NCBI GenBank assembly: GCA_034520965.1
Contig: JAXHMY010000003.1
Location: forward strand, 320,001 to 384,000
Origin: Spirochaetia bacterium
GTDB taxonomy: Bacteria; Spirochaetota; Spirochaetia; DSM-16054; Sediminispirochaetaceae
Length of the DNA stretch: 64,000 nucleotides
Direction: 5' to 3'
Shown here: in pieces, positions 23,217 through 33,433 of the stretch
How the letters are laid out: each line of letters begins with the position of its first letter
Numbering within the stretch: position 1 is the stretch's first letter
Program-made: the position numbers and the translations under genes
The notes under the pieces: generated by a model
The model's database searches: none
Seen by the model: the letters and a program-made list of their open reading frames with translations, nothing else
What the model was told of the DNA's origin: nothing

Positions 23217-24167
23217 ATGCAGAGTATACCTATAAATACATATGATTCACCCACTGCCGTACTTGAACTCATCTATAAATTAAAAGTTAAAGATGTAATG
23301 ACTTACGATATTCATACCAGCAAACCTGGTGCCACTATGGGTCAAGTCCGTACTATTCTCAAGAATAATAGCATTACCGGTCTTCCGGTAATAGAGAATA
23401 ATCAAATACTTGGAATTGTCAGTATGGAAGATGTGCTGCAAGCCATCGCTACAGGTGGTAGTGATGCGCCGGTAGAACAATATATGAGTAAAAAACTGAT
23501 TGTCCTCGAAGAGGATATGCCGATCTTCTTTGCCATCTCTTATTTCGGGCGCTACTCATACCGACGCTTTCCGGTAATAAACAAAGCCAATGAATTAGTC
23601 GGCATCGTAACCTCCCGGGATATAACCACCAAGCTCCTGGTTGAAGCTAACCGCGAAATTGAGCGCTTAGAGAAAAAAAGCGGCGCCCCCCAGGAGGTGT
23701 ATACCGGCCAGGTTGAACGCTGGTTCAAAGTACAGCGCTATGATTTTGAGAATGCCGGCTTCGCCTCTACAGAGATCAAAAAAATACTAAAGGGACGAAG
23801 TATCAACAGTCAAACAGCCCGCCGGATAGCAATTAGTGCATACGAACTCGAGATGAATTTGGTTGTCCATTCAAATGGAGGTTCGATCCACTTTTTAATG
23901 GATGATAGCCGTGTCTTAGTACAGGCCGATGATACAGGACCGGGAATCGAAGATGTTGAAGAAGCCCTTACCGAAGGCTACACCACGGCAACTGAATGGA
24001 TTCGTAGTTTAGGGTTTGGAGCAGGAATGGGGCTGCCCAATGTGCAACGGGTTTCCGATGAGTTTTCCCTGACCTCCGAACCGTCCCGCGGAACCCACGC
24101 TAAGTCGATTATTCTACTGCCGCATCCTGAACAAAAACAGACACATCAAACTTCACAGGAGGAGTAA
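23217..24167 (+). CDS. CBS-pair plus RsbT-like Ser/Thr kinase (HATPase) fusion
   Basis: Two CBS repeats, then AGFAS, YELEMNLVVHS, DTGPGI, GFGAGMGLPN. Confidence 0.85.
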   Translation: MQSIPINTYDSPTAVLELIYKLKVKDVMTYDIHTSKPGATMGQVRTILKNNSITGLPVIENNQILGIVSMEDVLQAIATGGSDAPVEQYMSKKLIVLEEDMPIFFAISYFGRYSYRRFPVINKANELVGIVTSRDITTKLLVEANREIERLEKKSGAPQEVYTGQVERWFKVQRYDFENAGFASTEIKKILKGRSINSQTARRIAISAYELEMNLVVHSNGGSIHFLMDDSRVLVQADDTGPGIEDVEEALTEGYTTATEWIRSLGFGAGMGLPNVQRVSDEFSLTSEPSRGTHAKSIILLPHPEQKQTHQTSQEE

Positions 24168-24170
24168 CAA

Positions 24171-24506
24171 ATGAAGGTACAGGAGATACAAGACTGCATA
24201 GCTGGGGAGGCTAAAGCCCCGGGAGACCCTGCGGCGGAAATACAAAACGCTTATACCTCGGATCTTCTGAGCGATGTTATGGGTAATGCCCCCGCCAACA
24301 GTGTACTAATCACGGTTCAAGGGCATAAAAACACCGTGGCAGTTGCGAATTTGGTCGGCATGCCGGCCATTATTCTCTGTAATGGTCGTGGAGTACCCCA
24401 GGACATGCAGGAAAGTGCGGAGCAAGAGGGCATAGCTTTATACACAACAAAATTTGACCAATTTACCGCATCTTATAAAATTGCCCAAGCCCTGGGAAAA
24501 GTTTAG
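24171..24506 (+). CDS. DRTGG-domain protein
   Basis: YTSDLLSDVM, VLITVQ, VAVA motifs. Confidence 0.82.
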   Translation: MKVQEIQDCIAGEAKAPGDPAAEIQNAYTSDLLSDVMGNAPANSVLITVQGHKNTVAVANLVGMPAIILCNGRGVPQDMQESAEQEGIALYTTKFDQFTASYKIAQALGKV

Positions 24507-24512
24507 AGCTCC

Positions 24513-25211
24513 ATGCACGTTACCGCCGATCTGCATAACCATTCTTGCCTCAGCCCCTGCGGAAGTTTAGAGATGTCACCTAAGCGGATAGCTGCAGAGG
24601 CGGCAGCCCGGCATATCGAAATGATGGCCATTACCGATCATAATTCATGCCGTAACGCCCCCGCCTTTAAGGAGTGCTGTAACAGGCAGGGTATTGTTCC
24701 TTTGTTCGGTATGGAGGTCACCTCTATTGAGGAGGCCCATGTGGTCTGTATATTTGAAGATACCCCTGAGGCAATGGACTTTGGCGAGTATATAGAATCG
24801 CGACTTCCGGAGGTGAGGGGTAGCTCAAGTATGGGAGGCGACCAGGTATATGTCGATGCCGAAGAGAATATACTGGGCCAGGTGAACAAACTTTTAATTG
24901 CTGCTACGGATATCTCAATTGACCAGATAGTTGCCATGGTCCATGAGCGGGAGGGGATTGTTTTTCCCGCCCATATCGACCGACCTGCCTTCAGTATTGT
25001 GATGCAGTTAGGCTTCCTGCCCGAGCTTCCCTATGATGCAATTGAGTGCATAAACCCCAACTGCGGCATTGATACCCTAGGACTTCCGATCATCACCAAT
25101 TCTGATGCCCATTACCCCGAGGATATCGCAAGCCGCCCAAGCAAATACCAGCTGGACACTCCCTCATTCAATGGCCTGAGGGCGGCCCTGAGCCGACAAC
25201 GTAGCCCGTAA
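24513..25211 (+). CDS. PHP domain phosphoesterase
   Basis: DLHNHSCLSPC, ITDHN, EEAH, PAHIDR, SDAH. Confidence 0.9.
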   Translation: MHVTADLHNHSCLSPCGSLEMSPKRIAAEAAARHIEMMAITDHNSCRNAPAFKECCNRQGIVPLFGMEVTSIEEAHVVCIFEDTPEAMDFGEYIESRLPEVRGSSSMGGDQVYVDAEENILGQVNKLLIAATDISIDQIVAMVHEREGIVFPAHIDRPAFSIVMQLGFLPELPYDAIECINPNCGIDTLGLPIITNSDAHYPEDIASRPSKYQLDTPSFNGLRAALSRQRSP

Positions 25212-25224
25212 TTCAATCAATCAC

Positions 25225-25662
25225 TTATTCGTTAAGCACGTTTTTTAGACGTTCTAATACCTTTTTTCTTTCAAGCGGTTTAATAATATAATTTTTGGCC
25301 CCCAGCATGAACGATTTTTTCACTAAATCCGGGCGTCCGAGAGCACTGATCATCACTACCCTGGCATTGGAATCAAACTCGACAATTTTTTCCAGCGCTG
25401 TTACTCCATCCATTCCGGGCATAGTAATGTCCATAGTAACTAAATCGACCTTCGGAAAAAGAGCTTTATATTTATCTACAGCCTCCCCCCCATCGCCGGC
25501 GGTATCAGCTATAGTATACCCTTCACTGGTGAGTATTTGATTGAGTTGTTTTTTTACAAAAATCGAGTCGTCTACCAGCAATACCCGATACGCAGCCCCA
25601 TCCGGCTTCTGCCCATCGGGAGTGCGATTATTTATTTCAGGATAATCCCCTGTGGTTTTCAA
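25225..25662 (-). CDS. cheY: Spirochaete-type chemotaxis response regulator CheY
   Basis: VDDS, MDITMP, KP; N-terminal extension (PEINNRTPDGQKPDG) like Treponema/Borrelia CheY. Confidence 0.8.
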   Translation of the reverse strand: MKTTGDYPEINNRTPDGQKPDGAAYRVLLVDDSIFVKKQLNQILTSEGYTIADTAGDGGEAVDKYKALFPKVDLVTMDITMPGMDGVTALEKIVEFDSNARVVMISALGRPDLVKKSFMLGAKNYIIKPLERKKVLERLKNVLNE

Positions 25663-25817
25663 ATTGTCCCCCTTTTTCAGACTACTTCTATTCTTATGGG
25701 TTTTTATTTTAATTTCAACACAGCTCTTTTAAAAACTTAGGTTTGTGAGAAAAACTGAAACTCTCTTGAATATATTTATCGGTTACTCTACCATTACTCC
25801 GTTTGAAGGGGGAGGAC

Positions 25818-27020
25818 ATGAAAAGCTATGCAGAGATAAACGAGAAAATCGCCTCTGGTTCAGCGGTGGTTTTGAATGCGGAGGAGGTAAGTGATTACGT
25901 CGACCGTAAGGGCTTATCAGCAGCTGCCGAAGAAATTGATGTGGTAACAACCGCTACCTTCGGCCCGATGTGTTCCTCCGGCTGTTTTCTTAACTTTGGC
26001 CACAGTATACCCAAAATACGTATTACTGAAGCCTGGATCGATGATGTTCTAACATATTCCGGGTTAGCTGCGGTTGACCTGTTCATGGGTGCCTCCCAGC
26101 TGCGACACAATGACTCGGCCAATATGTATTACCCGGGAGAGTTCCGCTTCGGCGGCGGGCATGTAATTGAGAAACTTGTAGCCCGTAAGGAGCTGCAGCT
26201 GTTTGCTCTCTCGTACGGTACAGATGAATACCCGCGGCGGGAACTGCGCACCATATTCACTATCGACGACTTAAACCAGGCAGTTATGGTAAATCCGAGA
26301 AACTGTTATCAGAATTACAATGTGGCGACCAACACATCGGATAAGCCTATTTATACATATATGGGCTTATTAAAACCCCGCATGCAGAACCTGACCTACA
26401 GTTCAGCAGGACAGCTTTCCCCCCTCTTGAACGACCCGTATTACGATACCATCGGCGTGGGATCGGCGGTATGGCTGGCCGGAGCTCGCGGCCATGTGTA
26501 TTCCGAAGGAACCCAGCACACCGGCAGCGTGGAGCGCACTGAAAACGGGGTTCCCGCAGAAGGGGCAGGCACCTTGGCACTTACCGCCGATATGAAGGAG
26601 ATGCGCTCCGAATTTGTACGGGGAGTAAGCCTGAAGGGTTACGGCGTGTCCCTGGCCCTGGGAGTTGGGGTTCCTATCCCAATTCTAAACGAACAAATTC
26701 TGCACTACACCACAGTTCGGGACGATGAAATAAAGGCTGAACTTATTGACTACTCCTACGACTACCCTATGAAAAGCGGTAAAGTCATAGCACATCTTAC
26801 CTACGGGCAAATGAAACGCGATGAGGTTAAAGTAAACGGAAAGAAAATTGAAGTCTCCTCTATGTCGAGTTATTCCAAGGCCCTGCACATTGCCGAACTT
26901 TTGAAAGCCGAAATACAAAGCGGCAACTTCCTCCTCAGCGAACCGATGCAGAAGTTACCACGAAATAACAAATCCAAATCGATGGTGCTGCGTGAGGGTG
27001 AAGGAGGAACCGTGAAATGA
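25818..27020 (+). CDS. L-aspartate semialdehyde sulfurtransferase (DUF39, MA1821-like homocysteine biosynthesis protein)
   Basis: EINEKI, DVVTTATFGPMCSSG, GGGHVIE, NPRNCYQNY, YMG, SPLLNDP, GVGVPIPILN; ATG after GGAGG. Confidence 0.88.
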   Translation: MKSYAEINEKIASGSAVVLNAEEVSDYVDRKGLSAAAEEIDVVTTATFGPMCSSGCFLNFGHSIPKIRITEAWIDDVLTYSGLAAVDLFMGASQLRHNDSANMYYPGEFRFGGGHVIEKLVARKELQLFALSYGTDEYPRRELRTIFTIDDLNQAVMVNPRNCYQNYNVATNTSDKPIYTYMGLLKPRMQNLTYSSAGQLSPLLNDPYYDTIGVGSAVWLAGARGHVYSEGTQHTGSVERTENGVPAEGAGTLALTADMKEMRSEFVRGVSLKGYGVSLALGVGVPIPILNEQILHYTTVRDDEIKAELIDYSYDYPMKSGKVIAHLTYGQMKRDEVKVNGKKIEVSSMSSYSKALHIAELLKAEIQSGNFLLSEPMQKLPRNNKSKSMVLREGEGGTVK

Positions 27021-27427
27021 AAACTCAAAAGTTCTTATTAAGCTTTAACAATCAGCTGGCGGAAAAACCTATTGTCTATCACCTCGTAAAGGAATACGAC
27101 CTGGTTATAAACATTTTTCGAGCCCGCATCACCGCAGACGAGGAAGGCTTTATGGTACTGGAGGTGTCCGGAACAGATGAGCATATCTCACAGGGCATAG
27201 ATTTTATTCGCAACAATGGCGTTACTGTCAATGCCGCGGAAAAAGGCCTTCGCTGGGATCAAGAAGTCTGTACCCACTGCGGAAACTGTCTGCCCCACTG
27301 CCCAGTGGATGCGCTGTACATTGTGAATGGGGCCACCCGTGAAATTGCCTTCGATTCCGACAAATGTGTGGAATGCCTCAATTGCATCCCAAACTGTCCC
27401 TATGGAGCGGTCACTTCGGTCTTTTAG
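27017..27427 (+). CDS. NIL-domain 2x[4Fe-4S] ferredoxin (MA1822-like)
   Basis: KPIVYHLVKEYDL.INIFRA NIL domain and two CxxCxxCxxxCP motifs. Confidence 0.88.
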   Translation: MKTQKFLLSFNNQLAEKPIVYHLVKEYDLVINIFRARITADEEGFMVLEVSGTDEHISQGIDFIRNNGVTVNAAEKGLRWDQEVCTHCGNCLPHCPVDALYIVNGATREIAFDSDKCVECLNCIPNCPYGAVTSVF

Positions 27428-27431
27428 AATC

Positions 27432-28178
27432 ATGAGGAATCAGCGAGATTTCCGCAGTTTTCAATTCAGAGAAGCGGTGTACAGAGTCCATTCGACTCAT
27501 TTTACGGCGGTTAGCCGTGAAATTCGCAGGCTATGGAACGAACTCGAACAGTTTATCAGTCTTTACCCCCAGTTTTCCCACGCCCTCCAGCCCCTCTCCG
27601 TAATTCCCGGCACCCCCCCGGAAAGCGCCCGGCGGATGATCGAAGCCTCTCAAGCTGCGGATGTAGGGCCGATGGCAGCTGTAGCCGGAACCTTTGCCCA
27701 GTTAGCCGCTCAAGCCGGGCAGGAGTCCGGCGATAGGGAAACAATTATCGAAAATGGGGGCGATGTGTATTTGTATATTCAGCAGCCCCTCAGTTTAGGC
27801 TTATGGATAGGACCTGAATCACCTTTTCGCCAATTGGCTTTTATGATTGAACCGGCAGACAGCCCGCTGGCTGTCTGCTCTTCCTCATCAATCCTTGGAC
27901 ACTCCATGAGTTTTGGTCGGTGCGATTTATTTACCGTATTTTCAAAAGATGCTTCCCTTGCCGATGCGGCCGCTACAGCCTTCTGTAACCGTGTTCATAC
28001 TCACTACGATCTACAATCGGCAGTAGAAACGGCTGTCGGTATCAGCAAAATTGAGGGTGCAGTAGCTATTAAGGGGGAAAAACTGGCGATGGCCGGCAAT
28101 ACGCCGCAGCTGATCCGCCATGCAGATCCGGACCTGCGGCGTAAAATCACCCGCCATGATCGCTCTGAAAAAACTTAA
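27432..28178 (+). CDS. UPF0280/ApbE-like protein (MA1715-like)
   Basis: VGPMAAVAG, ENGGD, GHSMSFG, ADAAATA; start moved to ATG 27432. Confidence 0.85.
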   Translation: MRNQRDFRSFQFREAVYRVHSTHFTAVSREIRRLWNELEQFISLYPQFSHALQPLSVIPGTPPESARRMIEASQAADVGPMAAVAGTFAQLAAQAGQESGDRETIIENGGDVYLYIQQPLSLGLWIGPESPFRQLAFMIEPADSPLAVCSSSSILGHSMSFGRCDLFTVFSKDASLADAAATAFCNRVHTHYDLQSAVETAVGISKIEGAVAIKGEKLAMAGNTPQLIRHADPDLRRKITRHDRSEKT

Positions 28179-28186
28179 TTGTAGCT

Positions 28187-28891
28187 TTAATTCCGGCTGC
28201 CGAAAATCCTCAGCAGAAACAGAAAAATATTGATAAAATCAAGGTACAGCTTCAAAGCTCCCATAATTGAAAGTTTGACGTACTGTTCTTCACTTACAGT
28301 GGAACCAAACTGCTGGTTCCACTTTTTGATCATCTGGGTATCGTAGGCGGTAAGACCGAGAAAAATAAACACCCCCAGATAGCTTATCAGATAATATAAT
28401 CCGGAACTTTGTAGAAATATATTAATGACGCTGGCGATGATGATACCGAAAAGGCCCATAATCAGGTAATGCCCGAAGCCGGACAGATCACGCTTGGTGG
28501 TCATCGCATACAGGCTCATGGCGGCAAATGTACCGGCGGCGGTAAAAAACGCCAAAGAAATCTCGGCCCCGGTGTAGGCCAGGAAAATCACCGACAAGGT
28601 AATACCGTTCAGCACCGAATAGGCGGTAAACGACAGCGTTGCCGTGGATGCCGACATTTTCATGATTCGGGCACTCAGATAAAAAACCAAACCAAGCTCG
28701 CCCAGGATTAGACCGAAAAAGAGGATCGGGTTTCCGGCTAAAGCTCTGACCATCGTCTCATTCCCGGCTACTCCCACTGCAATGACACCGGTTAGCGCCA
28801 AACCACCGGTCATCCATAGATAGACGTTCCGTAATATATTTCGCTCCCGTGCACGGGGGATACTTAAAAACTCCGCTCTGCTTTGTGCCAT
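28187..28891 (-). CDS. Bax inhibitor-1/YccA family membrane protein
   Basis: VYLWM..GL, TKRDL, TAYDTQ, GALKLYLDFINIFL. Confidence 0.92.
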   Translation of the reverse strand: MAQSRAEFLSIPRARERNILRNVYLWMTGGLALTGVIAVGVAGNETMVRALAGNPILFFGLILGELGLVFYLSARIMKMSASTATLSFTAYSVLNGITLSVIFLAYTGAEISLAFFTAAGTFAAMSLYAMTTKRDLSGFGHYLIMGLFGIIIASVINIFLQSSGLYYLISYLGVFIFLGLTAYDTQMIKKWNQQFGSTVSEEQYVKLSIMGALKLYLDFINIFLFLLRIFGSRN

Positions 28892-29005
28892 TGAACTCTC
28901 CTTAAAGTGTCTATAGTTTCATAAAAAATCGCACTTAAGTACCAAAAGGTCAAGCATGTAAGCATTTCATAAACGGCGGATTCTCCTGTATACTACAACA
29001 ATAGT

Positions 29006-31222
29006 ATGAGTGACGATCTGTTTTCTTCACATACCGACCAGCGTAATCAACCTCTTGCCTATCGAATGAGCCCGCGTTCGCTGGACGAATACATAGGGCA
29101 AGATCATATAGTCGGCCCCGGCCGGCTTCTGCGGCGTGTCATTCAGGCCGACCGCCTCTCCTCCCTTATTTTCTACGGACCTCCCGGTACCGGTAAAACC
29201 GCCCTAGCAAAAGTTATCGCGCGCACCTCCAAAAGCGCCTTCACCGCCTTAAATGCCGTGCTTACCGGAGTAAAAGATCTGCGGGAGGCCATTCAAACCG
29301 CCCGTGAAAAACGTGATCTCTACGGAAAGCGGACCATACTGTTTATTGACGAGGTACACCGCTGGAATAAAGCCCAACAGGATGCCCTGCTGCCGTGGGT
29401 CGAAAACGGTACGGTAGTGCTCATCGGAGCCACTACCCAAAACCCCTACTTTGAAGTGAATTCGGCACTGGTAAGCCGCAGCCGCATTTTCCAGCTCAAG
29501 CCCCTCAAGACAGAAAACCTCTTAAAGATAGCGCAACAGGCAGTGCAGGACCATGAACGGGGGTATGGCAACTATAAAATAGAGTTCGAAGCGGGAGCTC
29601 TGGAGCATTTGCTGCAGATAGCCGATGGCGATGCCCGCAGTCTGCTGAATGCCCTGGAACTGGCTATCGAGACCACCCCCGACAGCTTTCCGCCCCCCGC
29701 CGGCGAGTATATCTACATCAGCATGGACGCCGCCGAACAGAGTATTCAAAAAAAAGCGGTTCTGTACGATAAAGAAGGGGATTATCATTTTGATATCATC
29801 AGCGCCTTCATCAAATCCTTGCGCGGCAGCGACCCGGATGCCGCCCTCTACTGGCTGTCCAGGATGGTCCATGCGGGAGAGGACCCTCACTTTATCTTCC
29901 GGCGCATGCTCATCTCCGCCTCCGAGGATGTCGGAATGGCCGATCCCTACGCCCTGGGAGTAGTTGAAGCGGCAGCCGCAAGCTTTGACCGTGTGGGTAT
30001 GCCCGAAGGGCGTTACCATCTGGCCCATGCCGCCCTGTATCTGGCAACTGCTCCTAAAAGCAACTCCGCCCTCGGCTTTTTCGACGCCCTCTCCGAGGTA
30101 ACACGTGAAGGCAGCCAGGATGTCCCCAACCACCTAAAAGATGCCAACCGCGATGCGAAGAGTTTCGGTCACGGCGAAGGGTATTTATACCCCCACGCCT
30201 ACCGCGATCACTGGGTTGCCCAGCAGTATCTGCCGACCAGTCTGCAGGGAAAGATATTTTACCGTCCCTCAGACCAGGGCTATGAACAGAGCATTCAGCT
30301 GCAGGTGGCCCGTCAGCGTGAGGCGCAGCTGTCCGCTTCTCTTACCCAGGAACACACGGAGGTGCTCAGCTACTCCCCTCCCGATCAAGGTCGAGAGCAG
30401 TGGATTAACCGGGTAGTAGCAGACCGCAGTGCTAGCCTGGAGGCGATACGTGCGGCCATTTTCTCGCGCATCAAGCCGGCCCGACACGACCGCATCTGTG
30501 TGGTCGCCGCCGACGACGGGATAATACTGTGGGAGGCCCTGCGCAGCGTTCCCGAAGGGGGAGTAACCGGGCTAGTATCGAGCCCTGCAAAACTTGAGCT
30601 GCTGCAGCACTATGCTGCTCAGCTTGAACAAGTCGAGCAGCCGTTCCTGTATCAGGGCACAGCCGAAGAATGCCTGGAGCCTTCCGAACAGTTCGAGTTT
30701 ATTCTGGGGCGGAACTACACCAGCCGCAGTAAAGACAAAACCTCGCTGCTGCAGCCCCTCTTTCGCTCCCTGAGCCCCGGGGGGACTCTGCTGCTGGCGG
30801 AGGCAGTCCCCCTGCGCGCTCAACGCTTGTCCGAAATTCTTACCCAATCCGACAAAAAAATCGACCCGGAACTGCAGAGGGTCTTGACGGAAATTGAAGA
30901 TCAACTCTACAGCGCCCGCCGGGGAGAACTGCTGGCCTGGGATATCCCCGAGCTGGAATCCGGTGCAGAGGAGGCAGGGTTTACCAATATCACCACCGAG
31001 GCCGAGGAAATACAAGAGCAGCGCTATATCCGCAAGGCGGATATCCAGCGCTGGCTGGCGGATAGCACATCCCCCGAGACCCTGGCTGCATATCTGCAGC
31101 AAAACTATTCTGCCGATACCGCAGAACGTCTCATAGCAGCCCTCCAACAGGAACTAGGCGAGCTCACGGTAGATTGGCGCTCGACTGTCTGCTTTCTGCA
31201 GGCACAGCGCGGTTCTATCTAA
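29006..31222 (+). CDS. rarA: Replication-associated recombination protein RarA/MgsA with a C-terminal SAM-methyltransferase-like extension
   Basis: [50 protein letters not shown]; extra ~290-aa C-terminal domain. Confidence 0.9.
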   Translation: MSDDLFSSHTDQRNQPLAYRMSPRSLDEYIGQDHIVGPGRLLRRVIQADRLSSLIFYGPPGTGKTALAKVIARTSKSAFTALNAVLTGVKDLREAIQTAREKRDLYGKRTILFIDEVHRWNKAQQDALLPWVENGTVVLIGATTQNPYFEVNSALVSRSRIFQLKPLKTENLLKIAQQAVQDHERGYGNYKIEFEAGALEHLLQIADGDARSLLNALELAIETTPDSFPPPAGEYIYISMDAAEQSIQKKAVLYDKEGDYHFDIISAFIKSLRGSDPDAALYWLSRMVHAGEDPHFIFRRMLISASEDVGMADPYALGVVEAAAASFDRVGMPEGRYHLAHAALYLATAPKSNSALGFFDALSEVTREGSQDVPNHLKDANRDAKSFGHGEGYLYPHAYRDHWVAQQYLPTSLQGKIFYRPSDQGYEQSIQLQVARQREAQLSASLTQEHTEVLSYSPPDQGREQWINRVVADRSASLEAIRAAIFSRIKPARHDRICVVAADDGIILWEALRSVPEGGVTGLVSSPAKLELLQHYAAQLEQVEQPFLYQGTAEECLEPSEQFEFILGRNYTSRSKDKTSLLQPLFRSLSPGGTLLLAEAVPLRAQRLSEILTQSDKKIDPELQRVLTEIEDQLYSARRGELLAWDIPELESGAEEAGFTNITTEAEEIQEQRYIRKADIQRWLADSTSPETLAAYLQQNYSADTAERLIAALQQELGELTVDWRSTVCFLQAQRGSI

Positions 31223-31302
31223 ATTCATACTGTTTTCGAAAAATTGGAATCCCCGGCTTGACAAAAGACTAAAAATTATACACATTACTTGCACATAAAT
31301 GT

Positions 31303-31375
31303 GGTGGATATAGTTCAAAGGTAGAGCACCAGATTGTGGTTCTGGTTGTTGCGGGTTCAAGTCCCGTCATCCACC
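31303..31375 (+). tRNA. tRNA-His(GTG)
   Basis: Cloverleaf; anticodon arm CCAGA-TTGTGGT-TCTGG; G-1; GGTTCAAGTCC T-arm; CCA not encoded. Confidence 0.9.
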
Positions 31376-31404
31376 CTTAAGCGTCCATGGGCGCTGACGT
31401 ATAT

Positions 31405-31478
<74 letters not shown>

Positions 31479-31496
31479 TTATATTTTTTTACTTTT

Positions 31497-31569
31497 GGGC
31501 CGTTAGCTCAGCTGGGAGAGCAGCAGACTCTTAATCTGCGGGTCGAAGGTTCGATCCCTTCACGGCTCA
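31497..31569 (+). tRNA. tRNA-Lys(CTT)
   Basis: Anticodon arm GCAGA-CTCTTAA-TCTGC, GGTTCGATCC. Confidence 0.93.
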
Positions 31570-31603
31570 ACATGGTCTACCGAAGTATCGATTGTCGTGA
31601 AGG

Positions 31604-31633
31604 TTGACGCTTCGACAATTATTTGTGTATAAT
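31604..31633 (+). promoter_or_regulatory. Sigma70-type promoter inside the tRNA cluster
   Basis: TTGACG-N18-TATAAT just upstream of tRNA-Leu. Confidence 0.6.
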
Positions 31634-31637
31634 CACT

Positions 31638-31720
31638 GCGAGAGTGGTGAAATTGGCAGACACGCTAGATTTAGGATCTAGTGCCGTTGCGGCGTAAGGG
31701 TTCAAGTCCCTTCTCTCGCA
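31638..31720 (+). tRNA. tRNA-Leu(TAG)
   Basis: Anticodon arm CTAGA-TTTAGGA-TCTAG, long variable arm, GGTTCAAGTCC. Confidence 0.93.
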
Positions 31721-31761
31721 AAGGATTGCGACATTATGTACCAATCCACCACAGAGACTAT

Positions 31762-31833
31762 GCGAGAGTAGCTCAGTGGTAGAGCTCCACCTTGCCAAGG
31801 TGGATGTCGCGGGTTCAAATCCCGTCTCTCGCT
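31762..31833 (+). tRNA. tRNA-Gly(GCC)
   Basis: Anticodon arm CCACC-TTGCCAA-GGTGG, GGTTCAAATCC. Confidence 0.94.
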
Positions 31834-31836
31834 CTC

Positions 31837-31875
31837 AAAAGGCGGTCTGAGTCCCAACTCGGACCGCCTTTTTTT
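31837..31875 (+). terminator. Intrinsic terminator after the tRNA cluster
   Basis: AAAAGGCGGTCTGAG-loop-CTCGGACCGCC followed by a T-run. Confidence 0.85.
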
Positions 31876-32036
31876 CTATTAAGAAAATTGCTGAAAGCAA
31901 TTTTCATTGTTTCGGTTGCCCCACAGCGGCATACGAAACTATACAGGTACAATGAGTGGTTTCCTGAACACTCGAAATTCGTGTATACTTTGAGATAACT
32001 AATTGAGTAATAATTCCTAGAATAAGAGGTAGTTTA

Positions 32037-33395
32037 ATGGTAACACAGAAAGATGTGCAAAAACTTGAACATGCATCCGTAAAATTAACAATTACGGTCG
32101 ACGGGACGGAAGCCCAGAAAAAATATGACGAATTGTTAAAGAAATATGCAAAAACAGCCCATATCAAAGGTTTTCGTAAGGGAAAGGTTCCACCAAAAAT
32201 TCTCGAACAAAAATATGGCGAAGGGATAAAAGAGGAAGCCACAATCGAAATCCTGGACGAAGGCTTGAAAGAGGCCATTGAGGATGTTGAACAGAAGCCC
32301 CTTCCCTACGCCCAGCCCCGTCTCGACGACGAAGAAAGCCTTAATTTAACTCTGGGTGAAGATTTCACCTTTTCGGTGATCTACGATGTATTTCCCGATA
32401 TTGAAGTGGGTGAATACAAGGGCCTTGAAATTGAAGTGCCCGACGTAAAGGTGCTTAAGAAAGATGAAAAACGAGAGCTTGAAAATATCCAGGAGCAAAA
32501 CTCCATGGTGGCCGAAAAGCAGGGCGGAGCGGTAGAAAAAGACGATATTGTAACCATTGACTACGTAGAGATTGATGAAGAGGGCAACGAAAAACCCGAC
32601 ACCTCGCGCAGTGACTTTGTCTTCACCGTCGGCACCGGCTATAACATCTTCAAAATCGATGAAGATATCATCGGCATGCAGAAGGATGAAGAGAAGGTAA
32701 TTGAAAAAGAGTTCCCCGAAGACTTCGAGCATGAAGAATATGCCGGCAAAAAGGTCCGCCTGAAGGTAAAGGTAAAAACCATCAAACAGAAGGATGTGCC
32801 TGCACTGGACGACGAGCTTGCCCAGGATGTAAGTGATAAGTACGAAACCCTGGATGATCTAAAAAAAGACGTACGTGCACAACTGGAAGAGACCTTAAAT
32901 CAGAAATTACGTGAAACAAAGATCGAAAAGCTTTTCGATCAAATTATAGAAAACTCAAAGGTTGATCCGCCGGAATCAATGATCGAAGCTGAGCTTGACA
33001 ACTCCTGGCAGCGGTTTATTCAGCAGTCCCGTATCGGAGAGGAGCAGGTACTGCAGATTTTACAAATGCAGGGCAAAACGAAAGAGGATATGATGGCTGA
33101 ATGGCGCCCCAATGCCAAACGCAGCCTAAAGTTCCAGCTGCTGGTAGAAAAAATCAGAGAGACCGAAGGCATAGAAGCCACTGATGAAGAGGCGTACGAG
33201 GAGCTCAAACAGCAGGCTGAACAGGCCGGCCAAAACTATGAGGAAGTAAAACAGCAATATGAACAAAATAACCTCATGGAGTACGTAAAAACCGATGTAC
33301 AGAATAGAAAACTCTTCGATTTTCTGCTCGAACAGTCGAAACTTAAGAAGGGTAAGAAAATAGATTACCTGGACTTTGTGCAAAATAATAATTAG
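32037..33395 (+). CDS. tig: Trigger factor
   Basis: GFRKGKVP signature, FKBP-like middle domain, upstream of clpP. Confidence 0.95.
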   Translation: MVTQKDVQKLEHASVKLTITVDGTEAQKKYDELLKKYAKTAHIKGFRKGKVPPKILEQKYGEGIKEEATIEILDEGLKEAIEDVEQKPLPYAQPRLDDEESLNLTLGEDFTFSVIYDVFPDIEVGEYKGLEIEVPDVKVLKKDEKRELENIQEQNSMVAEKQGGAVEKDDIVTIDYVEIDEEGNEKPDTSRSDFVFTVGTGYNIFKIDEDIIGMQKDEEKVIEKEFPEDFEHEEYAGKKVRLKVKVKTIKQKDVPALDDELAQDVSDKYETLDDLKKDVRAQLEETLNQKLRETKIEKLFDQIIENSKVDPPESMIEAELDNSWQRFIQQSRIGEEQVLQILQMQGKTKEDMMAEWRPNAKRSLKFQLLVEKIRETEGIEATDEEAYEELKQQAEQAGQNYEEVKQQYEQNNLMEYVKTDVQNRKLFDFLLEQSKLKKGKKIDYLDFVQNNN

Positions 33396-33433
33396 TTTAT
33401 AGGCAGAGTCTATATTCAAGAGGATACTTCAGT

